From an uncultured Clostridia bacterium (lineage in GTDB: Bacteria; Bacillota; Clostridia; Christensenellales; UBA1242): a DNA stretch of 64,000 nucleotides. Below the pieces are notes generated by a model. It was not told where the DNA came from. It searched no databases and saw only the letters and a program-made list of their open reading frames with translations. This document shows, piece after piece, positions 43,332 through 52,703 of the stretch. A program made the translations under genes and the position numbers. The stretch lies in assembly GCA_944383355.1 (NCBI GenBank), contig CALWPF010000001.1, positions 28,357 to 92,356 of the forward strand, given 5' to 3'. The number at the start of each line of letters is the position of its first letter. The first letter of the stretch is position 1.

Positions 43332-46300
43332 TTATCTAGGTTTGCTAATAAAGTGGTCTTGCCATTCATCCTTTTCTTCATCATTTACCAATGGCAAATC
43401 ATCCTTGTCTGGATTAGCATCATCTACACCCAAACTAATATTACCATCAACAAACAAGTTTTCAACAACACCTGATATATTGGCACCAAATAAAGTTATG
43501 TTATCACCTAGCAATGCTGTACCACCATTCACAGTAGCATTGGTCGATGCATTATAGGTTATTTTGTAGCCATTCCCTTTGATAATTCCAGAAAAATCAT
43601 GAGTAGCATCGCCTATAACCTTCCAAGTTTTATCCTTGATATAGCTCAAATCCAAATCTCCAGTCAAAACAAATGTTACGCCATCAAAATCATAACCGTC
43701 GCTAATTCTATCTGCCAACCAAAACAATTTGGATATATGATTAATCTCAAAGGTCTTAAACTTAAAATCATAAACCGCTACTATAGCAGTATCAGCCAGC
43801 AACTCAATTTGATAAGATGCATTTTTACTAACTGTCTGTCCGTTAATTTGCCACTCACGGAATACAAAGCGTGAATCCGCCCTCTCTGCTGTTACTGTTA
43901 CATTATCTCCGTACTTGTACACCCCGCCACCAGTAACGCCATTGATACCAGCATAGTTAGTTTGGACAGTTAATATAACATTACTCAACTCCCACTTGGC
44001 ATACAATGTGTGATCACTTGTTGTTGTAACTAGTGTATCAGCTGTGACAGGCTTGCTATAATTACTATCTAGGTACCACCCCAAAAAGTCATAATTATCT
44101 CTAGTCGGTGTAGGCAAATTGCTGTATTTACCACCATACATCACAAATAATGTACTACTATCAGAGACATAATCAATTTTTGAAAACACTACATTTGTAA
44201 TATAAGTGTCTGCAGTTGTAGGATTTACTCTATCGTTAAAAAATCTCAATCTACAACTACTAGCATCTGCTACAGCAGGAGTCATTACACTATTGAGCAA
44301 TTGAGCATCAGTTGTTGCTGTAGGTCGAATCTCTGGTAAGCCATCTGGGAAAAGGTCAATATTAAACAATATCTCACCATTGGCCACATATACCAAGGAT
44401 ATTAGGTAATCTGCTCCTTGCTCTAGGCTCAAGTTAGTTACATTAATTGTAGGAACACTTGCGCCTTTCTCCAATTTGTACACAGTTGAAGATGTAAATA
44501 TATCAGTGAGTGACATACCATTTGTCACGGTACCGCCACCAAGATTGAGAGTCACCCTCTGTGTCGCAGGTAGCCACATAGCATATATATCCAAGTCACT
44601 AGCCACATTATAACTGGTAGCACTAGCCCCATTGCTATCATAAAATTGCGTACCACCACCGATCACCTCGGCATAATAGCCACTAAAAATATATCCAGTA
44701 CGAGTTGGAACAGTTATACTTGGCATAGTTTCATCGTATGTCGCCATTACACTACTAGTAGCCCCTGTACCATCTTCAAAGTGTAAAGTTACCGCATATT
44801 GATTAGCTGTCCACTTTGCATAAAGCGTAGTATCGGCAGTCAAATTACAAGTAATCGCACTAGAACCATCAATATTATAATATTGTGTACCACTACCATT
44901 TTGACCACTAAAATATCCACCAAAAGTATATCCTGTGCGAGTTGGCACTGTTATGCTAGGCATTGCCTGATTAGGTGTAGCCAACACCGATGTAGTACCT
45001 CCCGTACCACCAGCTTGATCCAGAGTCACTGTGCATTGATTGGCGCGCCATTGCGCTGTTACAGTAAAATTATTATTGCTACCTGTATGCATTACATTCT
45101 TATTTATAGTAACAGATGAGTCACTTGATGTCCAACCCAAAAATGTATAATTTTCTCTAGTAGGTATAGGCAATTGATAATACGAATCACCATCGACAGA
45201 CTGACTAAAACTATTACTCGTTGTACTACTATAAATATAAACATCAGATATTTTTAGATTCATTCCAGCGTCATCATCAAAACGGAATTCATAATTGCCA
45301 GTAGTCGATGGTACAAATGAATACGAACCTGATACTGGTATTTGGAAAGATTGTGGCTCAGTATATATGCCACCAGTGGTGGTGTAATAAATCCTAATTC
45401 CATTACCATATGCCCCTACTACTCCATCTTCGTTAGCTATAGTAGCGTGAAAATAATATGTAGTATTAGCGGTCAAATCTGCACGTAATTGCGTAAAAAC
45501 ATAAGGGTCGAACAAATCACTAATAACCAAGTGCCAAGTGGCCGTCTCAGCATCAAAAGTATAACTCAAATTTTGATTATTGCCACCAGAGGCTGAGCTA
45601 TCTACTTGTAATTTGCTAGAGTCAAAAAGGTTCTCGCTAGCCATAGTACCGCCAGCAGGGTCAAAAGTTGCTGTCGCACCTAAATAAACAAACTTACTGG
45701 TAGTGAATCTACTAGGATTAGCAACAGCTACATCATAAGCATTTTTTCTATAAAAATAGTAAGTAGTACTACTATTACCACCGGTAAATGCACTGCTACC
45801 CAAGTTGGATATACTTGCCAAACCATTCCTAAGATAAAAGCTAGTAATGCCACTACAACCATAAAAAGCACTACTATTAATAGTAGTAACCCCAGCTGGA
45901 ATAGTGGCACTACCAGTAAAGCCTCGACAATTATAAAACGCACTACTACCTATACTGGTCAAATTTGCAGGTAATGACAGTGTACCCTTTAAACTAGTAC
46001 AACCGCGAAATGCACTGCTACCTATACTTGTAACCGTAGATGGAATAGTCAATGTGCCAGATAAACCACTACAATTGTAAAATGTAGAACCGTTTATAGT
46101 AGTAATTTTAGATGGTATGTTAATACTACCGGTAATTTTTGAGCAATTATAAAAAGCGTTACTACCTAGGCTTGTTAGCCCCGAAGGCAATGACAATGTC
46201 CCAGTCATACTAGTACAACCGTAAAATGCACTTGAACCAATACTAGTAACAGATGACTGCAAAGAAAATCCACTGGTAATTTTTGAGCAATTATAAAAGG

Positions 46301-47282
46301 CATTACTGTCAATAGTCCTCGTAGTACTAAGGATAGAAAAACTTCCACTCTTACCAGCCGGACAAACCATCAAAGTAGTCCCAGCATAATTATACAGTAT
46401 CCCGCCAGAAGACTTGTAACTCCTATTACTTGAATTAACACTGATACCTGTCAGACTAGTACAATTATAAAAGGCATTACTACCTATACTAGTAACTGTA
46501 GACGGTATAGTCCCAAGACTACTGAGTTTAGTACACCCACTAAATGCACTACTGCTGATGGTCTTTAGTCCAGATGTTGGCAAAGATACCGTAGTCAGAG
46601 CAGTACTGCCACTAAATGCGCTTGAGCCAATACTAGTTATCTTAGAGTGTATGGTGACACTAGTTATCTTTGTACATCCACTAAATGCACTACTATTGAT
46701 AGTTGTAGCACTTGAATATAGTGTAACGCTACCACTTTTACCTGGTGGGCATTTTATGACTTGAGTATATGCTTTGTTGTATAATATGCCATTGTAGGCT
46801 GCATAAGTTGTGTTACTAGAATTTACACTAATAGTAGATAAATTTGTACACCCACTAAATGCACTTGTACTCAAACTTGTCACACCAGATGGGATAGTAA
46901 TACTTGTAAGAGATGTACAATTTCGAAAAGCGCTACTACTGATTGTAGTAACAGTTGTTGGAATAGAGATGCTTCTTACTTTTGAGCAACCACTAAATGC
47001 ACTACTTCGTATTTGATTAACAGTATAATATTTACCACTTATATATACCGAACTAGGTATACTTATAGAGCCAGAGTAACTAGTATCACAATCATAAACT
47101 CCACAAGTTGTCCCGCTAGATGTATAATAGTATACTAAAGTACCGGCATCGTATGTTACTGCATCTGCAGGTTTGTCACTCTCTTTAAAAAACAGCCCCA
47201 ATGCTACACCACATAGTATCATAATGAGGGCAATTATTGATAATATTACCAGTGCTCTTTTATTAAAAATCTTTATCTGCAT
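43332..47282 (-). CDS. Giant cell-surface protein: TM anchor, BspA-type leucine-rich repeats and Listeria-Bacteroides (Flg_new) repeats
   Basis: About 20 repeats of the type SAFxGCTxLTSxTIPSxVTSIGSSAF, and several modules of the type R.GYTF.GW....G...Y.......LYAKW. The ATG at 47282 (AAGGGGA SD) is preferred over the TTG at 47300. Confidence 0.8.
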   Translation of the reverse strand: MQIKIFNKRALVILSIIALIMILCGVALGLFFKESDKPADAVTYDAGTLVYYYTSSGTTCGVYDCDTSYSGSISIPSSVYISGKYYTVNQIRSSAFSGCSKVRSISIPTTVTTISSSAFRNCTSLTSITIPSGVTSLSTSAFSGCTNLSTISVNSSNTTYAAYNGILYNKAYTQVIKCPPGKSGSVTLYSSATTINSSAFSGCTKITSVTIHSKITSIGSSAFSGSTALTTVSLPTSGLKTISSSAFSGCTKLSSLGTIPSTVTSIGSNAFYNCTSLTGISVNSSNRSYKSSGGILYNYAGTTLMVCPAGKSGSFSILSTTRTIDSNAFYNCSKITSGFSLQSSVTSIGSSAFYGCTSMTGTLSLPSGLTSLGSNAFYNCSKITGSINIPSKITTINGSTFYNCSGLSGTLTIPSTVTSIGSSAFRGCTSLKGTLSLPANLTSIGSSAFYNCRGFTGSATIPAGVTTINSSAFYGCSGITSFYLRNGLASISNLGSSAFTGGNSSTTYYFYRKNAYDVAVANPSRFTTSKFVYLGATATFDPAGGTMASENLFDSSKLQVDSSASGGNNQNLSYTFDAETATWHLVISDLFDPYVFTQLRADLTANTTYYFHATIANEDGVVGAYGNGIRIYYTTTGGIYTEPQSFQIPVSGSYSFVPSTTGNYEFRFDDDAGMNLKISDVYIYSSTTSNSFSQSVDGDSYYQLPIPTRENYTFLGWTSSDSSVTINKNVMHTGSNNNFTVTAQWRANQCTVTLDQAGGTGGTTSVLATPNQAMPSITVPTRTGYTFGGYFSGQNGSGTQYYNIDGSSAITCNLTADTTLYAKWTANQYAVTLHFEDGTGATSSVMATYDETMPSITVPTRTGYIFSGYYAEVIGGGTQFYDSNGASATSYNVASDLDIYAMWLPATQRVTLNLGGGTVTNGMSLTDIFTSSTVYKLEKGASVPTINVTNLSLEQGADYLISLVYVANGEILFNIDLFPDGLPEIRPTATTDAQLLNSVMTPAVADASSCRLRFFNDRVNPTTADTYITNVVFSKIDYVSDSSTLFVMYGGKYSNLPTPTRDNYDFLGWYLDSNYSKPVTADTLVTTTSDHTLYAKWELSNVILTVQTNYAGINGVTGGGVYKYGDNVTVTAERADSRFVFREWQINGQTVSKNASYQIELLADTAIVAVYDFKFKTFEINHISKLFWLADRISDGYDFDGVTFVLTGDLDLSYIKDKTWKVIGDATHDFSGIIKGNGYKITYNASTNATVNGGTALLGDNITLFGANISGVVENLFVDGNISLGVDDANPDKDDLPLVNDEEKDEWQDHFISKPR

Positions 47283-47429
47283 TTTATTCCCCTTAGTCAA
47301 AAAATAAAATATGTAAATCTTTTATAATAAAATTTTTCTGTTTGTATTAGTATGTAATTACAACTACATAAATATGTGGATAGTCCCACGATAGAGTTGG
47401 AATATATTTGGTGCCAACTTATCGTATTA

Positions 47430-48737
47430 TTACCTATGGACAAACTTTTTGCCAACTATATCCAATAATATCTTTGGCTTGTTTATTTCTGGCGACTCAC
47501 AACACAACTTGAGCAAATACTCAAAGACCTCACTGTATTTTGTCTTGTCTAATGTTGGATAAACTCGCATTAAATCATTCCCATTTATAGCAAGCTCAGC
47601 AATAGTCATTGGTACACCATCTAATACCATCACATCACGCAAAATTGACAGGTCGTCAGTCGGCTTTTCTAGAGCCACTAACCCAAGCAATCTATCCCAA
47701 ATCTGGCTGTTACTTTGCACAAACAAACGTTTTTCATCATCATTAGCAAATCCCCTAAGTGCTATGACAAAAGCCTCTACCAATCTAGCCTGAAAGTCCA
47801 CCTCGCTCTTTTGTAGCATTATACCAGTAGTACCCAATATCTTAGATACATTGGCTCTATTTAATTCCAAACCTAATGCAGTGAGCATATCTATAACAAA
47901 TGCAGTAACCCTGTGTGGTGCAGGAGCACGAGGTGTCAAATGTAGCCAATTTTGTGTCAATAAAGTAGTCAAATTATCCGCCCCCACTAGAGTTACAATC
48001 TCTGGTAATATATATCTCCATGCGCCAAGATTGGATAACAAGCGCAACCCCATCACACATGCATGAGGATTTTTGATGTAATTATATTTGTAGTCAGCAA
48101 ATAAAATAGATACAATCTCTTTATTAAATCTCTCATGAGATATATCAGCCAACTGAGATATCATTGATTTTGCGGTATCAAAACATTGAGAGTCTATATT
48201 AAAATCAAGTTCACAAGCAATGCGTACCATGCGGAGCATACGCAATCCATCACTACTAAAAACATATTCTGGAGTCTCAACCGTACGCAAAATGTGAGAG
48301 TTAACATCACTCACACCATTATAAAAATCTACTATTTTATCCTCGCATATATCATAGTAAATACAATTAGCAGTAAAATCTCGTCTACTGGCATCTAGCG
48401 TGATATCTCGCACAAATTCGACATGTGTAGGAGAGTGCGCCCCGCCTTTTGCATAATTTTCCGCCCTAAATGTAGTATACTCATACTCTTCATCTGTATA
48501 TTTGGGGCTAATATGTATAGTACCCAACTTTGGATTGACAACATTAATCTTGTACAAATCTTTATCCAAAAATTGCTCTATCTCCTCAACGGTCATAGGT
48601 CCACATAGATCAATGTCCGTCTCACAAAATCCCAAAATAGCGTTACGAACATAACCTCCTACAATATACAACGTACCGCCATTTTGCCTAAATATATTCG
48701 CTAACTCAATTAAACTCTTTGATACATTTATACTCAT
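47430..48737 (-). CDS. cca: CCA-adding tRNA nucleotidyltransferase (poly(A) polymerase family)
   Basis: GGYVRNAILG...DIDL head-domain motifs in a 435-aa protein. Confidence 0.85.
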   Translation of the reverse strand: MSINVSKSLIELANIFRQNGGTLYIVGGYVRNAILGFCETDIDLCGPMTVEEIEQFLDKDLYKINVVNPKLGTIHISPKYTDEEYEYTTFRAENYAKGGAHSPTHVEFVRDITLDASRRDFTANCIYYDICEDKIVDFYNGVSDVNSHILRTVETPEYVFSSDGLRMLRMVRIACELDFNIDSQCFDTAKSMISQLADISHERFNKEIVSILFADYKYNYIKNPHACVMGLRLLSNLGAWRYILPEIVTLVGADNLTTLLTQNWLHLTPRAPAPHRVTAFVIDMLTALGLELNRANVSKILGTTGIMLQKSEVDFQARLVEAFVIALRGFANDDEKRLFVQSNSQIWDRLLGLVALEKPTDDLSILRDVMVLDGVPMTIAELAINGNDLMRVYPTLDKTKYSEVFEYLLKLCCESPEINKPKILLDIVGKKFVHR

Positions 48738-48744
48738 AACAAAA

Positions 48745-48796
48745 ATGATAACATATAAAACTCGCTTTTTGCAAGCAAAGTAGTATATGTTATCAT
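48745..48796 (-). repeat. 13-bp perfect inverted repeat abutting the cca start; likely terminator of the upstream gene, overlapped by a possible promoter
   Basis: ATGATAACATATA (48745..48757) pairs with TATATGTTATCAT (48784..48796). On the minus strand the stem is followed by TTTTTG and then the cca ATG 8 nt later, and no SD is visible. The minus strand also reads TTGCAA, an 18-nt spacer, then TGTTATCAT, with the ATG 7 nt after the -10. Confidence 0.5.
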
Positions 48797-48856
48797 AACC
48801 AAAACCTAAATATTATTAAATAATTATTTATGGAAATAGCAAAATTTTATTTAATA

Positions 48857-49366
48857 TCAACTTGTACTAATATTGGGTGCGATTAGAATACTTAAGTTAT
48901 CCAACCTTCTATTCAAAAAATCAGCAATAGTACCTCTCCTCGTACTATCGGTCTCCGCCCCGTATAGCGCAAATAATGCTTTTATTAATTTGATTTCTTG
49001 CAAAAAATATCTACGCAACTCACATACCACACTCAATCTCGAGCGAGTACGAAAAATTGGGTTTGTAGTATTCTCAGCATTAAGGTTAGGATAAAATTCA
49101 ACAAGTTGCTCCAATTCTCGTTGATTTTGAGTGATTAATTGCTCAAAATACTCTCTATAGTCTTGTCTCCCGACATTACGGACTAAATTGGATAATATAT
49201 TTTCCAACTGCCTATAATCTTGCCAAATATTTGTATCGACACCATTGACTGTGGTGTTGTTTATACTCACCTTTGATGAATACAATGGCCTCAATCTAGC
49301 ATAATCTCCAGCAAGATTACACATACTCTTTTCATCTGCTATTTGCTCATCATCAAAATCTTGCAA
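48857..49366 (-). CDS. Hypothetical protein
   Basis: 169 aa. A TTG start is preceded by GGGGGGAGG with 7-nt spacing. The protein is helical and acidic, and no family was recognised. Confidence 0.55.
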   Translation of the reverse strand: MQDFDDEQIADEKSMCNLAGDYARLRPLYSSKVSINNTTVNGVDTNIWQDYRQLENILSNLVRNVGRQDYREYFEQLITQNQRELEQLVEFYPNLNAENTTNPIFRTRSRLSVVCELRRYFLQEIKLIKALFALYGAETDSTRRGTIADFLNRRLDNLSILIAPNISTS

Positions 49367-49443
49367 GGCATTACCTCCCCCCCTTTTGGATTTGCATCGT
49401 TATTTATTTTATATGAGCAAAAAGAATATTTAGTGAGGAATAT

Positions 49444-49608
49444 ATGCGAAAAGGAAAAGCAAAAAAATTAACAGAATTATTAAACCAAGAAAAAATTACA
49501 GAGCAAGTCTTGCTAACTAAAAAACATAAAAAATTATACAAAAATCTAAAAAACTATATCCAATGCAAACAAAAAATAGCACAGTTTGACACTACCGAAA
49601 GTAATTAA
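49444..49608 (+). CDS. Candidate small basic protein (54 aa), below the ORF-track size cutoff
   Basis: My translation is MRKGKAKKLTELLNQEKITEQVLLTKKHKKLYKNLKNYIQCKQKIAQFDTTESN. GAGGAA lies just upstream. The gene is convergent with recR and no family was recognised. Confidence 0.3.
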   Translation: MRKGKAKKLTELLNQEKITEQVLLTKKHKKLYKNLKNYIQCKQKIAQFDTTESN

Positions 49609-49638
49609 AACTATGCTATTCAACTAATCTATAATAAA

Positions 49639-50232
49639 TCAAATCTCACGCCTATCATTAATCGCTCTTCCAAGAGTCACCTCATCTACATACTCCAGGT
49701 CAGAGCCCAAAGACACACCTTGAGCAATACGAGTAACTTTGACCCCTAGTGGCTTTAATAATTTTGAGATGTATAGAGCAGTAGCCTCACCCTCTACTGT
49801 TGGATTAGTAGCCATGATAACCTCACGAACATTGTACTTGTTCACTCTATCCAGCAATTCTTTTATGCGTATATCATCAGCAGTCTTACCATCTAACGGA
49901 CTCAAGACGCCATGCAATACGTGATAGACCCCAGTAAAATCACGCACCTTTTGTAATGCCAATATATCCTTTGGCTCCTCTACTACACACACCAATTGCT
50001 GATCACCCCGTTGGCAATCATTACATACCTCTTTGTCTGTAAAATTACCACATATTGAGCAGTAACGAACATTCGTCTTTGCATCTAGCAAAGCCTCACA
50101 AAATTTTTTCACATCAGTCTCAGACATATTCACAATATGATAAGCATATCTAGTAGCCGTTTTTCGTCCAACACTAGGGAGCTTTGCAAACTCAGATATC
50201 AACCTTTCGATAGGTAATATAAAATTTTTCAA
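49639..50232 (-). CDS. recR: Recombination protein RecR
   Basis: HhH N-terminus, Cys4 zinc finger (CSICGNFTDKEVCNDC) and a Toprim domain. Confidence 0.95.
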   Translation of the reverse strand: MKNFILPIERLISEFAKLPSVGRKTATRYAYHIVNMSETDVKKFCEALLDAKTNVRYCSICGNFTDKEVCNDCQRGDQQLVCVVEEPKDILALQKVRDFTGVYHVLHGVLSPLDGKTADDIRIKELLDRVNKYNVREVIMATNPTVEGEATALYISKLLKPLGVKVTRIAQGVSLGSDLEYVDEVTLGRAINDRREI

Positions 50233-50553
50233 CTAAAACATTCCCCCTGGCATACTAGGCATAATCTCAGCAGTCTTATCATCAATTTGCTTGTTAGCAT
50301 CATTTATAGCAGCAATTATCAAATCCTCCAACATATCTATATCCTCAGGATCTACCACCTCAGGTTTAATCTTGAGAGCTACTACCTCTCGTTTACCTGT
50401 CATCTTTACCTCTACCATTCCGCCACCACTAGTAGCGTTAAAGACAGAATTTTCCAACTCCTCACGATCACGTTGTATTTGCTCCTGCATTTTTTGTGCT
50501 TGCTTGAGCAACTGTTGCATATTTGCACCACCAAAACCATTAAAACCTGCCAT
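50233..50553 (-). CDS. ybaB: Nucleoid-associated protein YbaB/EbfC
   Basis: 106 aa (NMQQLLKQAQKMQEQIQ...GGMVEVKMTGK). The dnaX-ybaB-recR synteny is conserved. Confidence 0.93.
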   Translation of the reverse strand: MAGFNGFGGANMQQLLKQAQKMQEQIQRDREELENSVFNATSGGGMVEVKMTGKREVVALKIKPEVVDPEDIDMLEDLIIAAINDANKQIDDKTAEIMPSMPGGMF

Positions 50554-50563
50554 AAAAAACCTC

Positions 50564-50929
50564 TCAATCTATTATTTTTATTTTTTGCCCCAATATCTCT
50601 TCCAACTTGTGCACCTTTTGCATCTGTAATTCAATCGGAGCGGGTCTATACAATACCTCAATAATATAATTATATCCAAGTGCAGTAAAACTTGCAACTA
50701 AATCGCCAAAATTTTGCTCATCTTTGAGATAGTCAACAGTCTCTTGACTGTGTGATACTATACAAAATTTCCCTTGCAATATAGATACAGTACCTATATT
50801 GATACAATGTGAGTGCATATCTAATTTCCCGCTTTCTTTCATTCCACGCAGGACTTTACCCCATATTACTCTAGGACTTTCTTTGTCCCCAGCATTATGC
50901 AAAAATACACCATTATTTAGTTTTTTTTT
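50564..50929 (-). CDS. dnaX: C-terminal domain of DnaX (tau), readable only in the -1 frame relative to the dnaX body
   Basis: VIWGKVLRGMKESGKLDMHSHCINIGTVSILQGKFCIVSHSQETVDYLKDEQNFGDLVASF parallels the B. subtilis DnaX C-terminal segment (NSWGKLLAHLKQQNKVSHAALLNDSEPVAAGSAAFVLKFKYEIHCKMV...). The frame is open back through the A9 run. There is no SD or ATG of its own, and the track start is a TTG at 50902. Confidence 0.7.
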   Translation of the reverse strand, partial: KKKLNNGVFLHNAGDKESPRVIWGKVLRGMKESGKLDMHSHCINIGTVSILQGKFCIVSHSQETVDYLKDEQNFGDLVASFTALGYNYIIEVLYRPAPIELQMQKVHKLEEILGQKIKIID

Positions 50930-52014
50930 ACCTCTGCACTGAGTAAACTCATTGCTGTAGTCTCTATAGAGAGCTGAGGGTTGGTGCTGTACTTTAACTC
51001 ACCCTCTACCTTGCTAAATGCTTGCATCGCCCTATTGATACGTACTATATCATGATTATTTGCTAACGACTCCAATTTATCCAACAAATTTGCAGGCCAA
51101 TCTAGTAACGCTGAATCTTTACCGCATGAGCGAACAACCAACATATCTCTAAAAGTTTTTGTAAGTTCGTTAGCAGTCAGAGTCAAATTTTTACCTTCTG
51201 CTACTATTTTATGAAAATTATTAAAAAAACCTACAATATCATCTGTCAACACAGCCTCAGCCAATGATAGTATTGTGTCACGTTTGTTGATTCCCAATAC
51301 ATCTATCACAGCATCATATTTGATGTCATTATCACAAAAACTAGCACACATATCAGCGATTGAGAGTGCATCTCTCACACTTCCCTCTCCAGCGCTAGCG
51401 ATGAGACGAATAGAGCTATCATCACACTTGATATTACTCTCATCAAATATCTTGCGCAATAACCCCGCTATCTCCTCTGTGCTAACCAACTTAAAGTCAA
51501 ATCTCATTACTCTTGACAATATTGTCGCTGGTAACTTGTGTACCTCAGTAGTTGCCAATATAAATACAGCATGACTAGGTGGCTCCTCCAGAGTCTTCAA
51601 TAAGGCATTAAACGCCCCCACTGACAACATATGCACCTCATCTATGATGTATACTTTGTATTTGCCGACACTAGGTGCATACTTTATCTTTTCACGCAAA
51701 TCTCTTATCTCATCTACACCGTTATTACTAGCCGCATCTATCTCAATAATATCTATCGCATTTGCTTGCTGCAGTGCCTTGCAAGTAGCACACTCACCAC
51801 AAGGCGAACCATTTACAGGGTGCTCACAATTGATAGCACGAGCAAATATTTTTGCAGCAGTAGTCTTGCCTGTTCCCCTACTACCACAAAATAAATATGC
51901 GTGCCCTATCTGTCCACGCTGAATCTGGTTGCGCAGTGTCCTAGTAACATGCTCTTGACCTATCATACTATCAAAATTTGTCGGCCTAAATTTCCTATAT
52001 AATGCTAGGTACAT
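50917..52014 (-). CDS. dnaX: DNA polymerase III subunit gamma/tau, domains I-III (zero-frame product, 365 aa)
   Basis: Walker A GSRGTGKTT, zinc module CGECATCK, DEVHML and the SRV sensor motif. Confidence 0.93.
   Translation of the reverse strand: MYLALYRKFRPTNFDSMIGQEHVTRTLRNQIQRGQIGHAYLFCGSRGTGKTTAAKIFARAINCEHPVNGSPCGECATCKALQQANAIDIIEIDAASNNGVDEIRDLREKIKYAPSVGKYKVYIIDEVHMLSVGAFNALLKTLEEPPSHAVFILATTEVHKLPATILSRVMRFDFKLVSTEEIAGLLRKIFDESNIKCDDSSIRLIASAGEGSVRDALSIADMCASFCDNDIKYDAVIDVLGINKRDTILSLAEAVLTDDIVGFFNNFHKIVAEGKNLTLTANELTKTFRDMLVVRSCGKDSALLDWPANLLDKLESLANNHDIVRINRAMQAFSKVEGELKYSTNPQLSIETTAMSLLSAEVKKN
50921..50929 (-). other. A9 homopolymer (slippery run) at the dnaX frame junction
   Basis: Minus strand reads GAG GTA AAA AAA AAC TAA, so the zero frame stops 1 codon after the run. 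The -1 frame reads AAA AAA AAA CTA AAT AAT GGT and continues for ~120 codons. Confidence 0.9.
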
Positions 52015-52091
52015 TTTATCTCCTCATCAGTTTTTACTATTGTCTCAACATAAACTAACTTAATTATAACGAGTTCGCACAAATTGTCAAC

Positions 52092-52703
52092 TCATTCCTT
52101 TTTCAAAAATCGTAACTTTCCTCTTATCCTGTCTATAGCATTACTAATTGCTTTTGTATCTTTGTGTATAGTGTTTGCAATTGCTTTATAACTATATCCT
52201 TTTAGGTAAAGTGTAAGCACAGCGAATTCTAGTTCGGACAATTTTTCCTTGATCTTGGCATTTAATTGAGCCATATTTTCTCTCATTAACATCAGGTCCT
52301 CTGGGCTAGGCTCTCCGCTCTCTAGATACATACCAAGAGAATCTTCACTCTCTTTTTCCTCACCCAATACCACCTTACCACGACTATCTATACTCAAATA
52401 ATTTTTTAACGGGATATTTTTGGAGTTTTGGCTATTTCTCACTGCTGACTGCACCTGTCTATTGATACATAGATATGCAAATGTTGCGAATGTTGCATTT
52501 GAGTTGATATCATAAGACAAAAATGCTTTATGTAATCCTATCATACCTTCTTGTATTATATCGTCAAAATCACCATTGTTTAGGAAATAACCACGAGCTA
52601 TCCTATTTACCATAGGCTTGTATTTGTTTAGCAAAGCCTCCAAACTATCGTTATCCCCAGCTCTAGCACGCAATAACAGCATACGGTCATCATCTCGAAC
52701 CAT
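52092..52703 (-). CDS. sigH: Sporulation/stationary-phase RNA polymerase sigma factor SigH
   Basis: GDNDSLEALLNKYKPMV...DIIQEGMIGLHKAF...FATFAYLCINRQVQSAVRNSQNSKNIPLKNYLSID closely parallels B. subtilis SigH. The mrnC-rlmB-sigH synteny is present. Confidence 0.85.
   Translation of the reverse strand: MVRDDDRMLLLRARAGDNDSLEALLNKYKPMVNRIARGYFLNNGDFDDIIQEGMIGLHKAFLSYDINSNATFATFAYLCINRQVQSAVRNSQNSKNIPLKNYLSIDSRGKVVLGEEKESEDSLGMYLESGEPSPEDLMLMRENMAQLNAKIKEKLSELEFAVLTLYLKGYSYKAIANTIHKDTKAISNAIDRIRGKLRFLKKE

Noticed and set aside
47360-47425. Imperfect 12-bp hairpin (ACGATAGAGTTGG...CCAACTTATCGT) and a near-DnaA box (TGTGGATAG) downstream of cca
   Set aside because: The hairpin lacks a U-tract on the relevant strand, and the box has a mismatch and stands alone. 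This is too weak to call a terminator or a DnaA site.
52015-52091. Looked for SRP RNA (scr/ffs) upstream of dnaX, as in B. subtilis
   Set aside because: Only 77 nt separate sigH and dnaX, and the conserved SRP domain IV motifs are not visible.
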